The notes under the pieces were generated by a model that worked only from the letters and a program-made list of their open reading frames with translations, searched no databases and had not been told where the DNA came from. Of a DNA stretch of 23,314 nt, positions 17,487 to 23,314 are shown piece after piece (the stretch's first letter is position 1; the number at the start of each line of letters is the position of its first letter). A program made the position numbers and the translations under genes. Source of the DNA: a virus (lineage: Duplodnaviria > Heunggongvirae > Uroviricota > Caudoviricetes); the IMG/VR virus record IMGVR_UViG_2537561930_000016; one strand, 5' to 3'.

Positions 17487-17655
17487 GCCAGCTAACCACT
17501 TCGCCGGGCGTCATCATGAAGATTTCGGCGGGCGACCAGTTAAAAATAACGGCAATATCTGCCACAAAGTCTTCTATGTGCTCAAAGCACACAACCGTGA
17601 TCAGGCTTCCGTCGCCTGTTCGTTCTTCCCGCCAGAGTCCGCACCGCTCAAAAAA
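17437..17655 (-). CDS. E' extension frame of tail assembly chaperone (expressed as E+E' fusion by -1 programmed frameshift)
   Basis: ORF 17437..17673 is in the -1 frame relative to E and overlaps its 3' end; slippery heptamer T_TTT_TTG at 17655..17649 lies in the overlap; frame ends inside the start of T. Confidence 0.65.
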   Translation of the reverse strand, partial: FFERCGLWREERTGDGSLITVVCFEHIEDFVADIAVIFNWSPAEIFMMTPGEVVSWRERAALRSGNADNEDS

Positions 17656-17966
17656 TTTACGGCAACCACACATAACTGAATAAAGTCACGGGATGCCATT
17701 TTTTTGATCGTCACTTCATCCAGTCGCGGTGATGTCACGCGTGACAGCAGCGTAAACATGGATTCCGCTTTCAGATTCAGCACATCAGACAGCGACAAAT
17801 TTCGCAGAGATCCAGCCTGCTCAATAGCTCCGGTGATCTCCACATACGTGATTTTTTCGCCGCCTCGCTCAATTGGTTGGGTAAGTTTTACGCCACGCTC
17901 ACTGGTTTCTTTCACAGTGTCAGCAACTACCGTGTTTTCGGTATCGATGTTTTTCGTCTCTTTCAT
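17601..17966 (-). CDS. E: Tail assembly chaperone gpE-like
   Basis: 121-aa minus-strand ORF with AAGGAG RBS, between tail tube and tape measure genes, with overlapping -1 frame E'. Confidence 0.75.
   Translation of the reverse strand: MKETKNIDTENTVVADTVKETSERGVKLTQPIERGGEKITYVEITGAIEQAGSLRNLSLSDVLNLKAESMFTLLSRVTSPRLDEVTIKKMASRDFIQLCVVAVNFLSGADSGGKNEQATEA
17649..17655 (-). other. -1 programmed ribosomal frameshift slippery site TTTTTTG (E to E')
   Basis: Minus-strand sequence AAA-T TTT TTG-AGC in E zero frame (..VNFLS..); same heptamer type as the P2 E/E' and lambda G/GT sites. Confidence 0.65.
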
Positions 17967-18020
17967 CAGGAAACTCCTTTCAGTCAGAGGCGACGCACTG
18001 CGCCGCCTGCATATTACTTA

Positions 18021-18533
18021 TCAGCCAAGCCCAAGCGCGGAACGGATACGGTCAGGCACAATGTCCTTGCCGTCCTTCCGGTAGATGTGGTTCAACAGGT
18101 CGATTTCCCACAGCGGGCGATCGTTAACGCTCAGCTTGTAGTAGGTGTTTTTGACAGCGTAAGTGTGTGATGTGGCTTCGCCCTGTTTGGCTTCCCCCAT
18201 ATCAATTTCCGTCACACGTCCGCGCATCTCGATTTCATACAGATCGCTTTCTGCATCGGTGTAGTATTCACCCGCAAAACGCAGCAGCGTGCCGTCAATC
18301 GTGCCGCCATACTTAAGGAACAGCTCACGAACTGCGCCCCCCATGACAAAACTCGCATCAAGCGCGGAGTCGTCCAGACCGAGATCAATACTTACCGCCC
18401 CCATCATGCCACCACCACGATAGCTGTCGGTTTTGCGCGTCAGTTTGGGCGGCGTGACGGATGTCACTTTACCCACTTCGTTTTCACCATCCACAAACAA
18501 CGTAAAAAAGCGAAGATGTTTTGGTACAGCCAT
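18021..18533 (-). CDS. FII: Tail tube protein gpFII-like
   Basis: 170-aa ORF MAVPKHLRFFTLFVDGENEVGKVTSVTPPKLTRKTDSYRGGGMMG...; resembles P2 FII (..VTLPKLTRK...YRGAGM..). Start shares one base with the FI stop. Confidence 0.85.
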   Translation of the reverse strand: MAVPKHLRFFTLFVDGENEVGKVTSVTPPKLTRKTDSYRGGGMMGAVSIDLGLDDSALDASFVMGGAVRELFLKYGGTIDGTLLRFAGEYYTDAESDLYEIEMRGRVTEIDMGEAKQGEATSHTYAVKNTYYKLSVNDRPLWEIDLLNHIYRKDGKDIVPDRIRSALGLG

Positions 18534-19717
18534 CAGGCACCTCCCAGCACCGCAAATGCGGGACCAAAGAATTCATCAGTAAACGACTGGTAAAGCTCCA
18601 TGTCTTCCAGCGGGGGAACAGGCGTATATTTGTAGCGAATACGCACGCGCCCCTGACGTAAATTCGTGGTGCCGTTATCCACCACGTCATACCAGCACTC
18701 CGCCCCAATCAGTTTCCCGGCAGTAACCAGTGAATCCAGTTTTGCCCTGATGGCACTGATAACATCCTTCACGTTCGCAGGCGTCAGTGGACTGTCGATG
18801 GTTTCAAACTGCGCTTCCGCAATTGAATCAGCCAGCACCTGTGCGGTTCGGGTATACACCTCAAAGATGTAGGCGTTCGTTTCCGGTGTGCGGTTGCCCC
18901 AGAAGCGGAACCCGTTGCGACGAATAATGGTCGTGATTTCTTTGTTGTTGAGGCTGTTGGCATCGCTGTCTTCGGCCTGCAACGACCAGAACACATGCCT
19001 GGACATCCCCAGCACATTTTTAACCGGAACGTTGGACAGCGATTTGTGCCAGCCCTGTTCATGGTCAATGTACGCACGAAGGCCGCACGCATAAGCAGGC
19101 GCGGGGAACGTTTCGTTTTCGCCACTTTTCGGGTTGTAGGCGATGAAGTCCGGCCATAAGAGCATCACTTCACGTTCGTTGAATTTCTGGCGGTAGGTAA
19201 TCGCTTCAGCCATCGTGTTACAGCCGTGACATGAGGCATACACAAATGCGCGCAGTTTACCCGCAATCACGCACAGGGATTTTGTCACCGCCTCCGTGTC
19301 CAGCTCCGGCGCGGCCAGAATACGCGGACGGTATCCGATGCTTTCATCCTGCTCTGCAACAAGCAGCGCATACATCCCCGTATAGCTGCCGTCATCCTCA
19401 GAACCACCGATAACCAGTTGATCCTGCGTCTTTTCGTCTTCTTCTTTGTGTTCAGCCACGCGAACGACGATCACCTTTGTGCTCACCTGGTCTGCGATGG
19501 CCTTAAGCGCACGATAAAGCGTCCCCGTTGTTCCGCATTTTCCCAGCACGTCATTGACGCGGGTCAGCAGTGTGGGCTTGTTCAGCGGGAACAGCTTCGC
19601 GTCCGCATCATCCGCCGTTGCCACGATACCGATAACGCTGGAATCAACATCGTTAATCGCTGTTACCAGGTCGGTATTTTCCGTAACACGGGCACCATGA
19701 AAACGAGTTTCACTCAT
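18533..19717 (-). CDS. FI: Contractile tail sheath protein gpFI-like
   Basis: 394-aa ORF MSETRFHGARVTEN...IGIVATADDADAKLFPLNKPTLLTRV...; resembles P2 FI as I recall it. Confidence 0.9.
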   Translation of the reverse strand: MSETRFHGARVTENTDLVTAINDVDSSVIGIVATADDADAKLFPLNKPTLLTRVNDVLGKCGTTGTLYRALKAIADQVSTKVIVVRVAEHKEEDEKTQDQLVIGGSEDDGSYTGMYALLVAEQDESIGYRPRILAAPELDTEAVTKSLCVIAGKLRAFVYASCHGCNTMAEAITYRQKFNEREVMLLWPDFIAYNPKSGENETFPAPAYACGLRAYIDHEQGWHKSLSNVPVKNVLGMSRHVFWSLQAEDSDANSLNNKEITTIIRRNGFRFWGNRTPETNAYIFEVYTRTAQVLADSIAEAQFETIDSPLTPANVKDVISAIRAKLDSLVTAGKLIGAECWYDVVDNGTTNLRQGRVRIRYKYTPVPPLEDMELYQSFTDEFFGPAFAVLGGA

Positions 19718-19874
19718 AGCTTCAGCCCCTTGTATCCGTTAAATGATTCAGCAACAATCATCACCCACCACGCGCGTAATCTCACCCCTGCGCTATTCTC
19801 CCGTCACGGCGACAACAAAAAGCAGTAACCCACTCCGCACGCACATGCGACCATGCCGCACAGGGAGGGAACAG
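19718..19874. promoter_or_regulatory. Divergent intergenic region between sheath gene FI (minus) and gpD (plus); presumed promoter(s)
   Basis: 157-bp non-coding spacer between divergent genes; GGGAGGGA RBS precedes ATG 19875. No exact TGT-N12-ACA found. Confidence 0.3.
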
Positions 19875-20984
19875 ATGACCGACACCACCATGCAATTGCT
19901 CAGTCAGGGCACAGACCCTGTAAAAATGCCGGATTTTGATATTCTCGCGGAGGGTAAAACGCTGTCCGGCGTGGCAGAGCGCCTGATGAGCCTGTCACTG
20001 ACCGACAACCGGGGATTTGAGGCAGACCAGCTCACCATCACGCTGGATGATGCCGATGGCCAGTTGCAGCTACCGCCACGGGGCGCGCGCCTGAAGGTTC
20101 TCATTGGCTGGAAAGGCGAACCGCTGACAGAAAAAGGCACTTACATTGTTGATGAAATCGCTCACGAAGGACCGCCGGACAGGCTGACTGTTTCGGCCAG
20201 AAGCGCAGATTTTCGGGATGAATTTAACGTTAAACGTGAGGTGTCCTGGCATGATGTGACCGTTGAGCGTGTGGTATCCGCCATCGCTCATCGGTATGGT
20301 CTGAAACCGCAAATCAGCGAAATGCTGATGGATATCGAAATCGACCACGCCGACCAGACCGAAGAAAGCGACATGTCCTTCCTTACGCGCATGGCGGAAA
20401 TGCTGGGCGCAATCACCACGGTAAAAAGCAGCAATCTGTTATTCATCATGCCAGGTGGTGGCGTGAATGCACAGGGCCAGCCGTTGCCCTCGTTCGCCAT
20501 TACACGCAGCAGCGGCGATCGCCATCAGTTCCGTATTGCTGACCGCGAGGCGTATACGGGGGTGCGCGCCTACTGGCTTGATCTTAATTACGGGAAAAAG
20601 AAAAAAGTCAGCGTGAAACGCCGTAAACCGCCAAAACCCAAAAAGGAGAAAAGCAGCAGCCGTGAAGGTGATTATATGGAAGGCGCGGAAGGCAATGTGT
20701 TTGTGTTACGCAAGACTTATCAGAACGAGCAGGCAGCAAGACGCGCAGCGGCGGCAAAGTGGCAGCAGCTACAACGCGGAGCCGCATCATTTTCCATCAC
20801 GCTGGCACGTGGACGTGCAGAACTCTACCCCGAAATGCATGGCACGGTAACAGGATTTAAAAGCGAGATTGATAATCAGGACTGGATTATTGCAAAAGCC
20901 GAGCACACCATTGATAACAGCGGCTTTACCACGCAGCTTGAGCTTGAGGCAAAAATCCCGGAATGGATAGCAGAAACAGAATGA
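19875..20984 (+). CDS. D: Tail protein gpD-like (late control D family)
   Basis: ORF 19743..20984; preferred start ATG 19875 (MTDTTMQLLSQGTD...) with strong RBS. Size ~370 aa; gene upstream of ogr as in P2. Confidence 0.75.
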   Translation: MTDTTMQLLSQGTDPVKMPDFDILAEGKTLSGVAERLMSLSLTDNRGFEADQLTITLDDADGQLQLPPRGARLKVLIGWKGEPLTEKGTYIVDEIAHEGPPDRLTVSARSADFRDEFNVKREVSWHDVTVERVVSAIAHRYGLKPQISEMLMDIEIDHADQTEESDMSFLTRMAEMLGAITTVKSSNLLFIMPGGGVNAQGQPLPSFAITRSSGDRHQFRIADREAYTGVRAYWLDLNYGKKKKVSVKRRKPPKPKKEKSSSREGDYMEGAEGNVFVLRKTYQNEQAARRAAAAKWQQLQRGAASFSITLARGRAELYPEMHGTVTGFKSEIDNQDWIIAKAEHTIDNSGFTTQLELEAKIPEWIAETE

Positions 20985-21120
20985 TAAACCATAGATACCA
21001 TGAAAAAGATAAATACAGAATAGTTACGCCGGACTTAAGAATACACTCACGCTAAAAAATATTTGTAATGATTTACTTGATATTTATGGTACGTGGCACC
21101 TCACTAAGGCGTCCGCCTCA

Positions 21121-21151
21121 GGCCACAGATAGCAAATCTGTGACCTTTTTT
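21121..21151 (+). terminator. Rho-independent terminator-like hairpin plus T6 downstream of gpD, inside AT-rich island
   Basis: GGCCACAGA-TAGCAAA-TCTGTGACC followed by TTTTTT (stem 8 of 9 paired). Confidence 0.45.
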
Positions 21152-21167
21152 GAAGACTTAGAATTCA

Positions 21168-22604
21168 TTAACTAAATTTTATATGACTTGATGCTAGAGC
21201 TTTAAATTCAGTGGTTTTCATAGTTTTTTCCAAAGTATCACCATTTACAATCAGATAATCTAAGATTTGCTTGAGCTTATCACTAACAACATTAGTTCTT
21301 ATATCCGTTAGAATTTGTACAGCATGCTTTCTACAGTTTTGGTTAGATAATAAGTGGTAAATCTCTTGATTATAGAATGCAATGATAACTTGAACAATAT
21401 TATCATCGCCCAGCATATTCAATATTGAATCGTATATGGGTTTGCCTAAAGGAGAAACACCAGCGTTATAAGAAACACCATTACCAATACGACACGATAG
21501 AATTATACGAATTAATTTTTCTTTACGTTCATTAGGAATATCCGATTCATTGGAAATGTAACTTAATATTTTCCTAGCATGAGGAACTTCATTATAGAAA
21601 TTATCCCAACCGCTGTGAGCAGAACTTAAATCATCCAGATATTCATCAAGCAGAATAACCCTAGCCTCAAGGGTTTTAAATTTATTACCAGAGCAAAATT
21701 CGAAAAACTCGTTACCTGCTAAAAATTTATCATTGTGCAAGTTGGTTCGATAACCATCAAGCGCAACACCTAGTTTATATTTAATATTATTATCTGCACA
21801 TTCCCAAACTGTTGGAGCAATTTCAGATATATTTTTCTTAAGGATGTTATTTGCACCAGCACCAATATACATACCGAAGATTGTCTGAAGGACATTATCA
21901 CAATTTCTTGTGTGTAGCTGTTTGAGCCCATTTTTCATATGCTGCAAACTAGAGCTACTGATGACTTCAGTTTGATTTCGCAGATTCTCAACAAAAGCCT
22001 TAACTTGCAGTGCAGCCTCTGAAGGTGTGTCATTGATAACTTCTTGAACACATGTTTGCAACCACCCCATCAGTTCATAAGCATTGATTTTCGCATCATT
22101 AGGATGACTGGCTCCAAGATCATTGCGCATAATTAAAATATGGGTGAGTTTTTTATAAATTGAGTCGGAGATCAATTCTAATTTAGCGCAATTGTCAAGA
22201 AGAACTTTATCTTTAATACCACTTAAGTCACTTTCAGTACTAAATAGATCTCTATGTTTACCACCAACGGCAGCATCAAAAAAAAGTTCCAAACCATAAA
22301 TAACTGTCTTTCTTCGTAAGTTAAGTACAACTTCGTTCCAGACATAATTCAAGGCAGCATCAAACAAACCAATAGCACTTGCTGCTGCAAATTTGGACAA
22401 ATATCTAGAGTCACGCTTAACGTCTTCTGGTAACGCCATCACAAACTGAGGAAAGTTTGTTTGGACAACCTGACGCTCCATCGTTGAAGCAAGAACATTT
22501 TCTTTTGGTAATCCAAGCGACTCCAAAAATTGCTCGAATCGATTGAAATCTGTTGATACGAGTTGCCCTTGTGCTTGTGTGCTAGCTATTTCATGTGTGC
22601 TCAT
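21168..22604 (-). CDS. Hypothetical 478-aa cargo protein in AT-rich island; candidate abortive-infection/defence protein with HEPN-like Rx6H motif (R160..H167, IMRNDLGASHPN)
   Basis: Long uninterrupted minus-strand ORF in a region of ~30-35% GC (by eye), between two phage genes of much higher GC; convergent with gpD and divergent from ogr. No Walker A motif or other family signature that I recognise. Confidence 0.7.
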   Translation of the reverse strand: MSTHEIASTQAQGQLVSTDFNRFEQFLESLGLPKENVLASTMERQVVQTNFPQFVMALPEDVKRDSRYLSKFAAASAIGLFDAALNYVWNEVVLNLRRKTVIYGLELFFDAAVGGKHRDLFSTESDLSGIKDKVLLDNCAKLELISDSIYKKLTHILIMRNDLGASHPNDAKINAYELMGWLQTCVQEVINDTPSEAALQVKAFVENLRNQTEVISSSSLQHMKNGLKQLHTRNCDNVLQTIFGMYIGAGANNILKKNISEIAPTVWECADNNIKYKLGVALDGYRTNLHNDKFLAGNEFFEFCSGNKFKTLEARVILLDEYLDDLSSAHSGWDNFYNEVPHARKILSYISNESDIPNERKEKLIRIILSCRIGNGVSYNAGVSPLGKPIYDSILNMLGDDNIVQVIIAFYNQEIYHLLSNQNCRKHAVQILTDIRTNVVSDKLKQILDYLIVNGDTLEKTMKTTEFKALASSHIKFS

Positions 22605-22722
22605 TTTTATCCCGATTTTGAATGATTTAATTACTTAACCGTGTATCTATGCAAACTGTCAGTTGGAGTCTGAACCAGTACAACATAGAATAGCAGCACT
22701 ACTACATTTAAGGGAGGTCGCT
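22605..22722. promoter_or_regulatory. Divergent promoter region shared by the cargo gene (minus) and ogr (plus)
   Basis: 118-bp AT-rich spacer between divergent start codons; AGGGAGG RBS for ogr. Confidence 0.35.
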
Positions 22723-22983
22723 ATGTTCCGTTGTCCGCTTTGTGGCGCATCTGCCCGAATCCGCACCAGTCGTCCGGAAAATGATTCAAACACCGTGCGG
22801 CAAAAGTATTACCAGTGTAACAACCTGGAATGCGGCGTATGCTTCTCAACACTGGAAGCCTTCCATAAATTCACATCAAAACACGCCTCCGCCGTTCACT
22901 CTTCAGAAGGTATCCCGTGGCATGAGCTGCCAGCTTCACACAGAGGAAACAATCAGATGAGTTTGCCTTTACCTCAGAACTAA
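22723..22983 (+). CDS. ogr: Ogr/Delta-family zinc-finger late-gene transcriptional activator
   Basis: ATG 22723 inside ORF 22663..22983: MFRCPLCGASARIRTSR...YYQCNNLECGVCFSTLE, a CxxC...CxxxxC zinc-finger pattern resembling P2 Ogr (MFHCPLCQHAAHARTSR...HQCQNVNCSATF). Confidence 0.85.
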   Translation: MFRCPLCGASARIRTSRPENDSNTVRQKYYQCNNLECGVCFSTLEAFHKFTSKHASAVHSSEGIPWHELPASHRGNNQMSLPLPQN

Positions 22984-23043
22984 CAGGCAGAATTGCCGGA
23001 TTAACAAAAAAGCGATAGATTACGCGCGGGTGCCTTTCGGCTG

Positions 23044-23256
23044 ATGGTCGGAGGGAATACCCGAAGGCCAGATGTGGAAAGGCCCCGGAAAACATCTCTG
23101 TTTAACCGAGGCCCTAACCGCATTACCTTGACAAGTGAAAGGTTAGCGCCTCTCCGGAAAAGGAGCAAGTGCTATGTCGCAAAAATCGCTTACGGCCATC
23201 ACGTTCTGCGTGACGGCAATCCTCATCATCTGGATGTTGCACGGTTCGCTGTGTGA
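23044..23256 (+). CDS. Possible mok-like overlapping reading frame of hok-type locus
   Basis: 70-aa ORF in a different frame overlapping the 5' half of the hok-like ORF, as mok does in hok/sok loci; no sequence-level recognition. Confidence 0.3.
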   Translation: MVGGNTRRPDVERPRKTSLFNRGPNRITLTSERLAPLRKRSKCYVAKIAYGHHVLRDGNPHHLDVARFAV

Positions 23257-23314
23257 AATACGGATGAGCTTCTGGGGAGCGGAGTTTGCGGCGTTCTTAC
23301 AGTGTAAGCAGTAA
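23174..23314 (+). CDS. hok: Hok/Gef-family type I toxin (small membrane peptide)
   Basis: ATG 23174 with AAGGAG RBS; 46 aa MSQKSLTAITFCVTAILIIWMLHGSLCEIRMSFWGAEFAAFLQCKQ. Pattern (hydrophobic TM)-W-M-x3-SLCE[IL]-x7-E[FL]AAFL-x-CK matches Hok family members as I recall them. Stop codon is the last 3 nt of the window. Confidence 0.7.
   Translation: MSQKSLTAITFCVTAILIIWMLHGSLCEIRMSFWGAEFAAFLQCKQ

Larger units (their letters stand above)
1..22983. mobile_element. P2-like (Peduovirus-type) prophage, late morphogenesis/lysis region through ogr; left end truncated by window, right boundary uncertain
   Basis: Contiguous P2-order set of capsid, lysis, baseplate, tail fibre, tail and ogr genes with overlapping start/stop codons (ATGA, GTGA) typical of phage operons. 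Confidence 0.85.

Noticed and set aside
18784-19125. 113-aa minus-strand and 68-aa plus-strand ORFs within the sheath gene region
   Set aside because: Alternative-frame or antisense overlaps of the 394-aa sheath gene.
20985-21167. Short ORF starting at the ATG overlapping the gpD stop (about 24 codons)
   Set aside because: Too short, no RBS, and it lies in the 3' untranslated part of the AT-rich island; likely chance.
1-23314. tRNA, rRNA, IS element or transposase genes
   Set aside because: I saw no cloverleaf-like tRNA candidates, no transposase-like ORFs and no terminal inverted repeats other than the gix sites; a tRNA scan would be needed to fully exclude tRNAs near the right end.

Overview
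The window is almost entirely the late (virion + lysis) region of a P2-like temperate myovirus prophage from an enterobacterium, read from the terminase large subunit through ogr. Gene content and order follow the P2 pattern: partial terminase large subunit (minus) divergent from capsid genes O-N-M-L, then X, a holin / M15-peptidase endolysin / overlapped spanin cassette, R-S, baseplate V-W-J-I, and tail fibre H plus its assembly chaperone G. The tail fibre carries a Gin/Pin-type invertible segment: two inverted 26-bp gix-like sites (one inside H, one upstream of the invertase), a promoterless alternative fibre C-terminus and alternative chaperone on the opposite strand, and a Hin/Gin/Pin-family serine invertase. 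The sheath-tube-E/E'-tape measure-U module lies on the minus strand, opposite to gpD and to the canonical P2 arrangement as I recall it. The most unusual region is an AT-rich island (about 30-35% GC by eye versus about 52% or more in flanking phage DNA) between gpD and ogr, carrying one 478-aa minus-strand ORF of unknown function with a HEPN-like Rx6H motif; I consider it a candidate anti-phage / abortive-infection gene. Beyond ogr, a Hok-family type I toxin ORF with an overlapping mok-like frame ends exactly at the window edge. All assignments rest on my reading of the ORF translations, recalled family signatures and synteny; no database search was run.
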